A stretch of DNA of 64,000 bases from Deltaproteobacteria bacterium (GCA_026995935.1 JALWNK010000018.1:1245-65244); one strand, 5' to 3'; positions 52,514 through 63,792 are shown, counted from the stretch's first letter. Translations and numbers: made by a program. Notes: generated by a model not told the origin, from the letters alone.

Positions 52514-53686
52514 ATGAAGATCCTCCATCTCATCGATTCCGCTGGCCTCTATGGCGCAGAAGTGATGCTTCTCCACCTCATAGCAGAGCAAATAAAGCAG
52601 GGTTTGCAGCCAATCATTGCAAGCATTGGGGAAAAGGGGATTGATGAAAAGCCTCTTGAGAAAGAAGCAAAAAAAAGAGGTTACAGAGTCAAAAAATTCA
52701 GGATGGCCCCAGGGCCGAATTACCTTGGAGCGCTAAACATACTGCGGTTTGCATGGCACGAAGGTATAGATATTCTTCATTCCCACGGTTACAAGGGTAA
52801 TATTCTCTTTGGTTTTATTCCCGGAAAAATTCGACGAATTCCTATTATAACCACTGTCCACGGATACACTAGCACAGGAAATGGGCTCAGGCGGATGAGG
52901 GCCTATGAGTGGCTCGACTCCAAGGCGCTTCGTTTTATGGATGCTGTTGTGTTTGTGAGCAACGCCATGAAATCTGATTCTCGGTTCAAACACCTGAACC
53001 CATCCAAAGTCCACGTCATCCACAACGGCATCCCCCTCACCACCTCCGACTCACCTTCCCACGCTCCCAGCTTCTCAGCCTTGGATGCTGCTGATCTCGA
53101 TCAGCACATCCTCGACTTTTGCACTAACACCTTCACTCTTGGCTCCATCGGCCGCCTCTCGCCAGAAAAAGGCTATATTTACTTGGTAAGGGCATTGAAA
53201 ATAATCAGAGACAAAGGCCATGACGTCCGGCTGGTTATCATTGGAGAAGGAGGGGAGCGCCCCAAGCTGGAGCAAGAGATCAGCAGGTTAGGACTCAGGA
53301 ATCACGTGTTGCTCCCGGGATATAGGGCTAATGCCAGCGCCTATCTTCCATATTTTGATGTATTTGTTTTGCCATCTCTCACTGAGGGCCTGCCCATGAC
53401 GATTTTGGAAGCCATCAGAGCAAAGGTACCTATCGTGGCAACAAGGGTAGGGGGGATACCGGATATCTTACAGGAAGAGAAGAGCTGCTTATTTGTGAGA
53501 TGTAAGGACCCAGAGTCCCTTGCAGGCGCATTAATACGATTCCTTGAAGACCCAACTCTGGGAAAATCTTTGACTGACAATGCTTCCGATGTGCTCAGCA
53601 CGCAAATTTCTATTAACATGACCTCTATGAGATACAAACAAGTATATCAGAAAGTCGGTCTTCCCCCAAAATTGTGGACAGTTTGA
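52514..53686 (+). CDS. family 4 (GT-B) glycosyltransferase
   Basis: 390 aa. Block PSLTEGLPMTILEAIRAKVPIVATRVGGIPD is the typical GT4 EX7E region. Confidence 0.9.
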   Translation: MKILHLIDSAGLYGAEVMLLHLIAEQIKQGLQPIIASIGEKGIDEKPLEKEAKKRGYRVKKFRMAPGPNYLGALNILRFAWHEGIDILHSHGYKGNILFGFIPGKIRRIPIITTVHGYTSTGNGLRRMRAYEWLDSKALRFMDAVVFVSNAMKSDSRFKHLNPSKVHVIHNGIPLTTSDSPSHAPSFSALDAADLDQHILDFCTNTFTLGSIGRLSPEKGYIYLVRALKIIRDKGHDVRLVIIGEGGERPKLEQEISRLGLRNHVLLPGYRANASAYLPYFDVFVLPSLTEGLPMTILEAIRAKVPIVATRVGGIPDILQEEKSCLFVRCKDPESLAGALIRFLEDPTLGKSLTDNASDVLSTQISINMTSMRYKQVYQKVGLPPKLWTV

Positions 53687-53829
53687 AGAGCTGCTACAAT
53701 AGTATTAAGAGGACTGGCATAATTTCGAGGAGAAGGACTAAACAGGTGAATTCAAGGTCATACGGTTAGCGTGATAACCGGTAGCGACCAGTCTGTTGTT
53801 GAGGTGGCCAAAGATATACGACCTGTTAC

Positions 53830-53950
53830 CAGAGTGGCAAGAGCTTTTTTGATTACATTGAGCTGTTCTTTAACCGGTACTGTTTGCATTCAGCGCTGGA
53901 CTACATAAGCCTGACTGAATATGAGAAGGCCTATTTTAGCTTGCGGCTTA
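53830..53950 (+). pseudogene. IS3-family transposase C-terminal remnant
   Basis: Translation ...FDYIELFFNRYCLHSALDYISLTEYEKAYF matches the end of the IS3 OrfB integrase core (pattern F-x-YIE-x-FYNR-x-R-x-HS-x-LGY-x-SP-x-EFE). It reads through into the exosortase frame. Confidence 0.55.
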
Positions 53951-54864
53951 ATGCAGTCTCAACTAAACTGAGGAAGGCAATTTTAAAGCGACATAAATTG
54001 AAGTCAGTAAAAAGACAATTTAATAGGAGTAAAATAGCATCAATTGCCATTGTGGGGTTTGCTTACTTTGCCGCTTATTGGCCCACTTTACGAAGCCTTT
54101 ATGGAGCTTGGATAGAAAACAGCGACAATACTCACGGAATCTTTGTGCCAGTGATTTCAGCGTATCTTGTCTGGGAAAAACGGGAAGAGCTAGCGCAACT
54201 TAGCGTTAAATCCAGCTCTATTTGGCTACCAGCGCTTTTTGTAAGTATATTGTTGTACCTGACAGCCTTTGCTGGCGGGGTAGAAGTGTTGCAGAGACTT
54301 ACAATTGTGACCACGTTACTTGCATTGGTGGGTTACAATCTTGGCCATGATTACATAAAGTCGCTTTGGTTTCCCATTTGTTTCCTATTCTTTATGATTC
54401 CCCCGCCAGTATCTATAGTTAACACGGTTGCTTTTCCTTTGCAGGTCATGGCAACGAAGATCTCTGCTCATATCATCAGTGCTTTTGGAATTCCAGTTTT
54501 TCGAGAGGGGAACATGCTTTACTTTAGCAACACATCCCTTGAAGTAGCTGAAGCTTGTAGCGGGTTACGCTCGCTGTATGCATACTTAATGCTTAGCGCC
54601 CTTTTTGCATACATTGGTCGCCGTTCCGCTACATGGAAAGTCCTGCTCTTAGGCCTCGCTGTGCCTCTGGCCTTGTCCATGAATATAATTAGAATAAGTA
54701 TCACCGGCATACTAGCGTATTTTTATGGAGCCAAGGTTGCCAGAGGCTTCCTTCATGAATTCTCAGGTGTGGTAATATTTATTGCAGGCTTTTGCGTGAT
54801 GGTACTCCTCCACTTGAAAATCGGGGCACCTAGGCACGCCGCCAAAGTATCTGAATCGCATTGA
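53884..54864 (+). CDS. exosortase (copy 2); 5' end chimeric with the IS3 remnant, true start uncertain
   Basis: Signature residues NTHGIFV, MIPPP, EACSGLRSL, NIIRI and LHEFSG. The first ~25-35 codons of the ORF-track model are IS3-derived. In-frame TTG at 53998 is an alternative start. Confidence 0.8.
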   Translation: MHSALDYISLTEYEKAYFSLRLNAVSTKLRKAILKRHKLKSVKRQFNRSKIASIAIVGFAYFAAYWPTLRSLYGAWIENSDNTHGIFVPVISAYLVWEKREELAQLSVKSSSIWLPALFVSILLYLTAFAGGVEVLQRLTIVTTLLALVGYNLGHDYIKSLWFPICFLFFMIPPPVSIVNTVAFPLQVMATKISAHIISAFGIPVFREGNMLYFSNTSLEVAEACSGLRSLYAYLMLSALFAYIGRRSATWKVLLLGLAVPLALSMNIIRISITGILAYFYGAKVARGFLHEFSGVVIFIAGFCVMVLLHLKIGAPRHAAKVSESH

Positions 54865-55517
54865 AACAATATAGCACCCAGCTAGTTTCCGTTTTGCTAC
54901 TGGTAGCCTCCCTATTTCTATGCCTGTGGTTGCCTACGCGATCAAATGTTAGGGTGATTGAAAACGGCCTCCTGAATCTTCCTTACCGTATAGATGGATT
55001 CATGGGACGAAAAATTCCAATGGAAAAATCCGTTGAGAAAGAACTAAATACGGATGGCTACGTATTTAGAGATTATATCAATAGCGAAGGTCGAAGGGTG
55101 AATCTTTACATTGGATACTACGGGACGCAAAAAGGAGGGAGAACAGGTCATAATCCCAATGCGTGTTATCCTAGCCAGGGGTGGGCCATAATAGAAGAGC
55201 GCAGAGTAAATCTTGAGGTTCCCGTGGGGAGCTATTTACAATCTATAACTATAAATGAAATGTTAGTGAAAAAGCAAACGGTCAAGCTTCTTGTGTATCA
55301 CTGGTACCAGTCGGATAAAGATGATGTCTTAGAGTCGGGTATTGCGGCCAACATTCATAGGTTGAAAACCTTGATTCTATATGGTCGAAATGAAGGCGCC
55401 TTTATAAGAGTATCAGGGGAAGTGATAGGTGACAAAGATACCACAAGAAGGATTCTAAGGGGTTTCATCAAAGATCTATTCCCTTATCTAGTGACGAACT
55501 GGCCAAGGGAAGAATAG
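54861..55517 (+). CDS. EpsI-family exosortase-associated protein (copy 2)
   Basis: 218 aa. N-terminal TM and motif GHNPNACYPSQGW. TTGA overlap with exosortase copy 2. Confidence 0.8.
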   Translation: MKQYSTQLVSVLLLVASLFLCLWLPTRSNVRVIENGLLNLPYRIDGFMGRKIPMEKSVEKELNTDGYVFRDYINSEGRRVNLYIGYYGTQKGGRTGHNPNACYPSQGWAIIEERRVNLEVPVGSYLQSITINEMLVKKQTVKLLVYHWYQSDKDDVLESGIAANIHRLKTLILYGRNEGAFIRVSGEVIGDKDTTRRILRGFIKDLFPYLVTNWPREE

Positions 55518-55519
55518 GT

Positions 55520-56662
<1,143 letters not shown>

Positions 56663-56733
56663 CTGGGGCTGCAAAAATCGGGGTAGGATCAAAGTCTCCT
56701 GGCGTCTTCTCGTAATTTGTAGGAGGTCAGGTA

Positions 56734-57402
56734 ATGGATATTAAGCGGTTGGTAAAGTGGCCATCACGATTCTACCGGGTGCTAAAATATGCTTCGTCTT
56801 TATATGATGGCCATGAAATGCGCAGAAAGTCAAAAGAGCAGATCCGATTTTGCGGTGAAAATACCAAAATAGAGGAGAACGTTGCTATTTCATGGCCATC
56901 AAGGCTCAGCATTGGTCGGCATTGCCTTATCCAGCGTGACTGTATTCTTCATTCTATGGGCGGAATACATATAGGTGACTATGTTGGGATTGGCTCAAGG
57001 AGTGTCCTTGTGTCGTTTTCTCATAATTATCTTAGACCCGAATATCTTCCATATGACAAAATGATAACTCTAAAACCTATCATCATAAGGAACTTCGTTT
57101 GGATTGGCTTTGCAACAAATATTATGCCGGGGGTAGAGATTGGCGAAGGAGCTATTGTGGGTATGGGATCAACTGTTACAAAGAGTGTCCCGCCTTTAGC
57201 AATAGTGGCTGGCAACCCAGCAGAGATTATAGGGTACAGAAACAAGAATCAATACGACAGGTGTAAGGCAGATAGAAAATTTGCGGGCCCGCTGACTACG
57301 GCCTTTTTTGGTGGCTTTGAAGAAAGACTCCCCCAATTTTTTATAAAAAAATATAAGAGAGAGTTGATAGAAATAGGGTTAATTGTAGAAACCGAGGGCT
57401 AG
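56734..57402 (+). CDS. hexapeptide-repeat acyl/acetyltransferase
   Basis: Repeats IGDYVGIGSRSVLV and VWIGFATNIMPGVEIGEGAIVGMGSTVTKSVPPLAIVAGNPA. Confidence 0.8.
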   Translation: MDIKRLVKWPSRFYRVLKYASSLYDGHEMRRKSKEQIRFCGENTKIEENVAISWPSRLSIGRHCLIQRDCILHSMGGIHIGDYVGIGSRSVLVSFSHNYLRPEYLPYDKMITLKPIIIRNFVWIGFATNIMPGVEIGEGAIVGMGSTVTKSVPPLAIVAGNPAEIIGYRNKNQYDRCKADRKFAGPLTTAFFGGFEERLPQFFIKKYKRELIEIGLIVETEG

Positions 57403-57406
57403 TTGC

Positions 57407-58873
57407 GTGGATCTTCGTGAACTTAAATTTCTTGTCAAACATACCAGTATTTATGGCATTGGCACAGTGGTTGGCCAAGCAGTCAGCTTCTTTTTGTTGC
57501 CCGTTTACACACGCTATCTTACTCCCAATGATTACGGCATAATGGCTCTAGTTAATGCGACTATGGGGATTATAGGGATGGTGGTGGGTCTGGGCATTAA
57601 CAACGCCATGAGCCGATTCTATTTCGATTTTGACACAGAGGAAGAAAAGAAAAAGGTAATCTCAACCGTATACATTATTGGGGTCTTGATAGGCATCGTA
57701 TTCTTTCCTGTATTCTACTTTTGCGCTGGTATTATTTCAAAATTTGTCTTAGGGTCAGACCAATTTACAACGCTCTTCCTAATAGCTTTTGCTGCTCTAC
57801 TTTTTGGGATCCTCGTTAATATCTGTTTTGATTATATGAGAATAGTGGCGGCCTCAACTAAATATGTGACTATATCACTTATTAGGATGTTTGTAATAAT
57901 TTCACTCAATATTTACTTTATAGCGGTGGTTAAAACAGGAGTTATTGGTATTTTTTACTCTTCGCTGATAGGCGCATCAATGTTTTCAATCCCTCTTAGC
58001 GTTGATTTGTTGAGGAAAGTTGGACTAGGCTTCTCATTCACCGTTGCAAAAGAGATGATAAAATACTCATTCCCTCTAATTTTTTCTAATGTTTTCAGGG
58101 TGATAGTAAACGAGTCAGATAAGTATTTTATAAATTATTTCTTCTCACCATTCGAAACCGGGATATTTAGCCTTGCACAGAAGGTTGGTTCCTCTATCCA
58201 CGTTCTTATCACTTCCCCATTTCTTCAGACTTACCTACCGAGAAGGTTTGAGTTAATGAAGAGGGACAATGCTAAATCAATTTATGCTGATATTAGCCTT
58301 TCTTATCTATTGATCATAAGCACTGTAGGATTGGCTCTTTCGATATTTTCACCTGAGATTATTCACATAATGACAACATCTCAATATTTTGAGGCTTCGA
58401 AGTATATCCCTTTCATAGTGTTATCCCTGATTATATTCGGTATGAAGTATCATTTTCAGATTGGAATAATGATCGAAAAGAGAACGAAATTTATAGCATA
58501 CATAAATGGCGTATCTTGTATCGTAAATGTAGCCTTAAATTGGATCTTGATAAGAACTTATGGAATATGGGGCGCTATAATTGCAATAAATATTTCTTAT
58601 GCTGTGATAACCATCCTTGACTATTTTATATCTCAAAGGATGTATCCGATCAGGTACGAGTTTTGCAAAATGGCTAAAATAATCGCTTTGATTTCTCTAT
58701 CATACTACGTTTCGACGGTTGCTACTTCTGAGAGTATATTGATTAGCTTTACTATCAAAGCTGCCATCTTTGCAAGTTATATTGTTTTACTATTTCTTGC
58801 TGATGTTATAAAGCTTCAAAATTTTCTCCCAATTTTGACCTCAACTATTAAGCGTGCCAACCCTCGGATGTGA
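57407..58873 (+). CDS. Wzx-like oligosaccharide flippase (MOP superfamily polysaccharide biosynthesis protein)
   Basis: 488 aa with about 12-14 hydrophobic segments and an N-terminal block of the Wzx type. GTG start. EPS locus context. Confidence 0.8.
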   Translation: MDLRELKFLVKHTSIYGIGTVVGQAVSFFLLPVYTRYLTPNDYGIMALVNATMGIIGMVVGLGINNAMSRFYFDFDTEEEKKKVISTVYIIGVLIGIVFFPVFYFCAGIISKFVLGSDQFTTLFLIAFAALLFGILVNICFDYMRIVAASTKYVTISLIRMFVIISLNIYFIAVVKTGVIGIFYSSLIGASMFSIPLSVDLLRKVGLGFSFTVAKEMIKYSFPLIFSNVFRVIVNESDKYFINYFFSPFETGIFSLAQKVGSSIHVLITSPFLQTYLPRRFELMKRDNAKSIYADISLSYLLIISTVGLALSIFSPEIIHIMTTSQYFEASKYIPFIVLSLIIFGMKYHFQIGIMIEKRTKFIAYINGVSCIVNVALNWILIRTYGIWGAIIAINISYAVITILDYFISQRMYPIRYEFCKMAKIIALISLSYYVSTVATSESILISFTIKAAIFASYIVLLFLADVIKLQNFLPILTSTIKRANPRM

Positions 58874-58939
58874 GCTAGTTTTTGGTAAGCAGCAGTTTTT
58901 GCTAAAATTTAGTATCTTTGTCTGAAGATTATATAATTC

Positions 58940-59860
58940 ATGATATCGATTGTAATAACTTGCTACAATTATGCAAACTATGTGGCTGATGCTATTTTTT
59001 CCGCGCTCGGTCAAACTTACGAGAAGTTTGAAATCATAATAGTCAACGATGGCTCTACAGACGACTCCCACGATGTAATCTCGGAGTTTTTGCCTCATCC
59101 GAGGATAAAATATATAAAACAAGAAAATGCAGGTCAGGCCAATGCGAAGAATACAGGTATCAGGAAAGCAAAAGGCGACTTCATTGCATTCCTTGATGCG
59201 GATGACATGTGGGAGCCAGACAAGCTGGAAAAGCAAGTCAGGCTATTCACTAATCCAAATATTGGTGTCGTATACAGTAGGGCGAGATATATTGACGGGA
59301 ATGGAAACCCTTTAGATTTTAAGCTTCAAAACAAATACTTGCAGCCGCGATCAGGGAAAGTGACTGAATGGCTCCTCTTCGATAATTTTGTACCATTTTC
59401 ATCGGCAGTGGTACGGCGAGAATGTTTTGAAAAGGTTGGACTGTTTGACGAGGCACTTAAAATGGGAATTGACTGGGACTTATGGTTGAGAATATCAATT
59501 CATTATGAATTTGATTACATCGATGAGCCATTCCTCATTTATAGAGTCGGCCATGCAGGACAAATGTCTAAAAATATTGATATCCGCCAATCTTGTTCTG
59601 ACGAGATATACAAAAAGCTTTTTGAGCACAATGGTTATGAAATATCTGATAGCCTAATAACATCCGCTTTCTACTACACTTATTGTAGCAGAGGTTATTA
59701 TTGGCGATATAGAGATAACAAAAAAGCTCTTTATTATTACCTCAAAGCTCTTAAGCTAAAGCCTTTTTATTTAGGTCCTTACAAAGGAGTTCTATTTTTA
59801 TTCATTAATAATTTCTGTAAAAAAGTATCAAAAACTTTTGAACAAATTTTCTGGTTATGA
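58940..59860 (+). CDS. family 2 glycosyltransferase
   Basis: Blocks ISIVITCYNYANY, VNDGSTDDS and FLDADDMWEPDKLE. Confidence 0.9.
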   Translation: MISIVITCYNYANYVADAIFSALGQTYEKFEIIIVNDGSTDDSHDVISEFLPHPRIKYIKQENAGQANAKNTGIRKAKGDFIAFLDADDMWEPDKLEKQVRLFTNPNIGVVYSRARYIDGNGNPLDFKLQNKYLQPRSGKVTEWLLFDNFVPFSSAVVRRECFEKVGLFDEALKMGIDWDLWLRISIHYEFDYIDEPFLIYRVGHAGQMSKNIDIRQSCSDEIYKKLFEHNGYEISDSLITSAFYYTYCSRGYYWRYRDNKKALYYYLKALKLKPFYLGPYKGVLFLFINNFCKKVSKTFEQIFWL

Positions 59861-61206
59861 TTATTACACCATTTTTACGTAAAAATTTATTCGAGCCGCT
59901 AATACTGTTCAAGTCTCGTAGTCCTAGACTACACTATTGGAGAAAACTTGAAAAAACACAGTACTATTCTCGTATGCGTTTAGAAGAGATTCAGTGGCAG
60001 CGATTAGAAAGATTATGGAGGTTTTTGTGGGAAAATAACGATTTTTATCGGAATAAATTTCTTGAAGCAGGGCTAACAGAAAAAAGTCTTCAGGGTCCCG
60101 ATGACATCACAAAACTCCCAATACTGACAAAAGAGGAGGTCAGAAATAATAATCTGATCTCCAAAGGTTTTCAAAAAGGAAAATTGCTTCACTTCAAAAC
60201 AGGTGGTTCCACAGGCAAGGCATTGGATATATTTTTGACCGAGGAGTGCAGTGAAATACGCCATGCCTACACTAGGCGTCATGATCGCTGGGCTGGGTGG
60301 GAGCCAGGAGAGCCTGTCGGGGCCGTATGGGGTAACCCTAAGCGGCCAATTACTTTTAAGCAAAAAATATTTAACATGCTTGTCCAGCCCAAGATATTCC
60401 TTGACACAATGAATATTACCGATGAGGCTGTATTGGAATTTGCTCGTGAGTGGCAAAGCATAAAACCTTCTCTACTGTTCGGCCATGCACATTCCGTCTT
60501 CATTCTTTGTCGAAAGATAAAAAAATTAGGTATCACTTCTATACGTCCCAATGCTATCATATCTTCATCCATGATGTTAATCCCACACGAACGGTCTGCT
60601 ATTGAGCAGACATTCGGGGTAAAGGTTACTGATCGTTATGGCTGTGAAGAGGTCGGCCTTATAGCTAGTGAGTGTGAAAGGCATAAAGGGATGCACCTGA
60701 ACATAGAACATTTATTTATTGAATTCATTAAAGACGATGGCACACCAGCTAATTCTGGAGAGTATGGTCGTGTCATTGTTACAGATCTCATTAACTTTGC
60801 AATGCCATTTATAAGATACCAGATTGAAGATGTAGGAATTCCATCGGAAAGAACTTGTGCGTGCGGACGCGGCCTTCCATTAATGGAAAAAGTTGTGGGC
60901 AGAACTGCAGATTTTCTTGTTAAAAAAGATGGAACCATGGTGGCTGGCATATCTCTCATTGAAAATAGTCTGACAAGATATCGTGGCATAGATCAGATGC
61001 AGATTATTCAAGGTTGTTTGGATGAAATTAAACTAAATATCGTACCTGGTCGTGGATACTCGGCAGTTACTGACCAAGCCGTGATAAGGTATTTCAAGCA
61101 GGTTTTTGGAGATGAAATCAACATAACTATAAGAAAAGTTTCAAAAATAAAGCCAGAAAGATCCGGCAAATATCGCTTTTCAATTTGTAAAGTTCAAGCT
61201 TTTTAA
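59857..61206 (+). CDS. phenylacetate-CoA-ligase-like adenylate-forming enzyme (CapK-type)
   Basis: 449 aa. Motif KTGGSTGKAL and C-terminal blocks of the PaaK/CapK type. EPS locus context. Confidence 0.75.
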   Translation: MIITPFLRKNLFEPLILFKSRSPRLHYWRKLEKTQYYSRMRLEEIQWQRLERLWRFLWENNDFYRNKFLEAGLTEKSLQGPDDITKLPILTKEEVRNNNLISKGFQKGKLLHFKTGGSTGKALDIFLTEECSEIRHAYTRRHDRWAGWEPGEPVGAVWGNPKRPITFKQKIFNMLVQPKIFLDTMNITDEAVLEFAREWQSIKPSLLFGHAHSVFILCRKIKKLGITSIRPNAIISSSMMLIPHERSAIEQTFGVKVTDRYGCEEVGLIASECERHKGMHLNIEHLFIEFIKDDGTPANSGEYGRVIVTDLINFAMPFIRYQIEDVGIPSERTCACGRGLPLMEKVVGRTADFLVKKDGTMVAGISLIENSLTRYRGIDQMQIIQGCLDEIKLNIVPGRGYSAVTDQAVIRYFKQVFGDEINITIRKVSKIKPERSGKYRFSICKVQAF

Positions 61207-61384
61207 ATCCATATACCCACGACTACATATGAAAATTCAGTATGTTAGCGTAGTTCCCCACTGCACTGAAATTAAGCTGTCTTTTTGTTTTCGCCAAATA
61301 GTAACCCGTTTGGCTTGTTATTCCACTTTCCGAATATCTCGCATTCCTCAATCACTTTTTTAACATGCTCATTTTTGCCCAAAA

Positions 61385-62641
61385 ATGAAAGATATAGGTT
61401 TCTGGCTATATATGCTTTTCATTATTAGCTGGTTAGATCATCTCACAGCACGTTTACCTGCGTTAGCTTTAATAAGGTTCGATCTGCTTATAGTTGCTAT
61501 TCTTTTTCTCCTAACCATTTTTAAGAGGGAGGAAGATAGTGAAAATACGATATCCTCTGCAATTGAGAAATCCCTGAAATTATTAATTTGCTATTCTGTA
61601 GCAACTATTCCTTTAGTTGAGTGGCCTGGAAGTGTTTTGCGTTATGGTATTCAGAATTTCATCAAAGCAGTAGTTTTTTTCTTTTTTACAGTAGCGTTTG
61701 TGCGCACGGAAAAACAGTTGAAAATTCTTATGGCGGTCTTTCTGAGCAGCCAATCTTTTCGTATAATTGAACCACTTTATCTTCACATAACCGAGGGCTA
61801 CTGGGGTTCTGCTGCAGGCATGGCCAATTGGGAATTGTTGAAGAGATTATCAGGGGCACCTCACGATGTTGTAAATCCGAATGGATTGGCATTTATAATC
61901 GTAACTGTTCTGCCTTTTTTCTTTTGTTATTCGGCAATAAATAAAAAAGTGTTTTTAATTTCAATTATTGCCGTTCCGTTATTCTTGTGGACTTTGATTT
62001 TGACTGAATCCAGGAGTGGTTTCGTTGCGTTATTAGCTATAGCTGTATTTTTTACTATGAAATCGAAAAAAAAATTTTTGATTATCATAATTGCCATTGT
62101 TAGCTCAATAATCGTTTATCAGAATTTGACTCCTGATCAAAAAGACCGGTATCTTTCCATTATTGATTCGAACACGAAAAACGCTGCTACTGCCGAAGGG
62201 AGATATACTGGTGTTATTGAATCATTTAAGGCTGGGCTCAATAGGCCAATATTCGGTCATGGTTTGGGTACGTCAGTAGAGACCAACGCCCATTTCAAAG
62301 GTCGTGCGCAACCCGCACACAATCTATATGTTGAGGTTTTTCAAGAGCTTGGAATTATAGGCCTTATTATTTTTTCTACTTATATTTTTGCAATATATAA
62401 AGATATAATCGAAGCAAATAGAAATAGGTCCACTGACGACTCCGAAAATAGTCCGTTCGTTCAGGCGACGTGGAAGGCCTTATGGATATTTTTCTTTACC
62501 AACCTTCTTTTCAGCCTGGTCAGCTATGGCCTGTCTGGCTATGAATGGTATTTTATACCAGGCCTTGTGATGGTCTTAAAGAGAATAAAGACAAATCATT
62601 TGAAATGTGGAGAAATTGATAATGCAAGAGCATTTGCATAA
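61385..62641 (+). CDS. O-antigen ligase / Wzy-like polymerase family membrane protein
   Basis: 418 aa polytopic protein. Blocks LTESRSGFVALLAI and periplasmic-loop GHGLGTS...AHNLYVEVFQELG. Confidence 0.8.
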   Translation: MKDIGFWLYMLFIISWLDHLTARLPALALIRFDLLIVAILFLLTIFKREEDSENTISSAIEKSLKLLICYSVATIPLVEWPGSVLRYGIQNFIKAVVFFFFTVAFVRTEKQLKILMAVFLSSQSFRIIEPLYLHITEGYWGSAAGMANWELLKRLSGAPHDVVNPNGLAFIIVTVLPFFFCYSAINKKVFLISIIAVPLFLWTLILTESRSGFVALLAIAVFFTMKSKKKFLIIIIAIVSSIIVYQNLTPDQKDRYLSIIDSNTKNAATAEGRYTGVIESFKAGLNRPIFGHGLGTSVETNAHFKGRAQPAHNLYVEVFQELGIIGLIIFSTYIFAIYKDIIEANRNRSTDDSENSPFVQATWKALWIFFFTNLLFSLVSYGLSGYEWYFIPGLVMVLKRIKTNHLKCGEIDNARAFA

Positions 62642-63776
62642 GCTGCGTATCCTCGTTACTGCTCGTCATCCAGTAGGTGGTATTCGTACATTTATGCGAT
62701 ATGTGTATGGGAGGTTTGACAGGCAGAAATACCAGTTTATATTTATCTTACCGTTGTCCACAGAATTGGCAACCCTTAAAAAGGACTTACATGGTGTAGA
62801 TGCCAAATGGATTACTATTGACCCACAAAAAAGTATACAAGAACTTTTAAAAGAAATCTGGCGTAACATTCACAAGGCAGATATAGTGCATTCACATGGC
62901 TTTACAGCCATGATACTCTCGTCGTTTCCCGCTCTATTGAGCAGGAAACCGCATATTTTCACTTCTCACGACGTACTAAATGAAAAACAATTTTTGAATG
63001 TCAAAGGGAGGCTGAAGAAATTGATACTGGGCATATGTTTGCATATGCCAGACCGCCTCCATTCCGTAAGCCATGATGCTCAGGAAAATCTTTTATCATT
63101 TTTTCCAGGGCTTCGTGAAAAGTCAAACCGTCTGGTCATCGTCCCAAACGGTATTGATATAGAAAGGTTTTGTATAGAAGATAGAATAAATTGGCATAAG
63201 GAATTAGCGCTTCCTAAGGATACTTTTCTGATTGGCTTTTTCGGACGGTTCATGTCTCAAAAAGGATTCAGATTTCTTGTAGAGGCGATTGAAATCCTCT
63301 CCAGAGATAACTCATTGATATCGAAACCTTTAGTTTTGGCATTTGGGCAGGGAGGGTTCGTAAGGGAGGAACAGGCGCTAATCAGAGAAAAACATCTCGA
63401 ATCCTTTTTTTGCTTCTTGCCATTCCAAGAGAATCCTGCAAAAGCCATGCGGGGGGTTGATGTTATTGCAATGCCTTCGCTATGGGAAGCCTATGGTTTG
63501 GTTGCTGCGGAGGCCATGGTAGCTGGTGTACCAATCATCGGTACGGACTGTATAGGTTTGAGAGAAGTACTCAGAGAGACACCTGCCAAAATAATACCAT
63601 CAGCAAATAGCAAAGCATTAGCAGAAGCAGTTGTAACCGAGATGCGACATCCTACTAAATTGGAATTTGAGCGTTTTCGAAAAGATGCAGCAACTAGATT
63701 TAGTGCAAACCATACAGCAATAAAGCTCCAAACCATTATCAATAGCCTCTGGGAAAAAGAGTATATGAGGCATTGA
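62607..63776 (+). CDS. family 4 (GT-B) glycosyltransferase
   Basis: Block PSLWEAYGLVAAEAMVAGVPIIGTDCIGLREV is an EX7E-type region. ATG 62622 is an alternative start. Confidence 0.85.
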   Translation: MEKLIMQEHLHKLRILVTARHPVGGIRTFMRYVYGRFDRQKYQFIFILPLSTELATLKKDLHGVDAKWITIDPQKSIQELLKEIWRNIHKADIVHSHGFTAMILSSFPALLSRKPHIFTSHDVLNEKQFLNVKGRLKKLILGICLHMPDRLHSVSHDAQENLLSFFPGLREKSNRLVIVPNGIDIERFCIEDRINWHKELALPKDTFLIGFFGRFMSQKGFRFLVEAIEILSRDNSLISKPLVLAFGQGGFVREEQALIREKHLESFFCFLPFQENPAKAMRGVDVIAMPSLWEAYGLVAAEAMVAGVPIIGTDCIGLREVLRETPAKIIPSANSKALAEAVVTEMRHPTKLEFERFRKDAATRFSANHTAIKLQTIINSLWEKEYMRH

Positions 63777-63792
63777 AGAGAAAGTATTGGAA

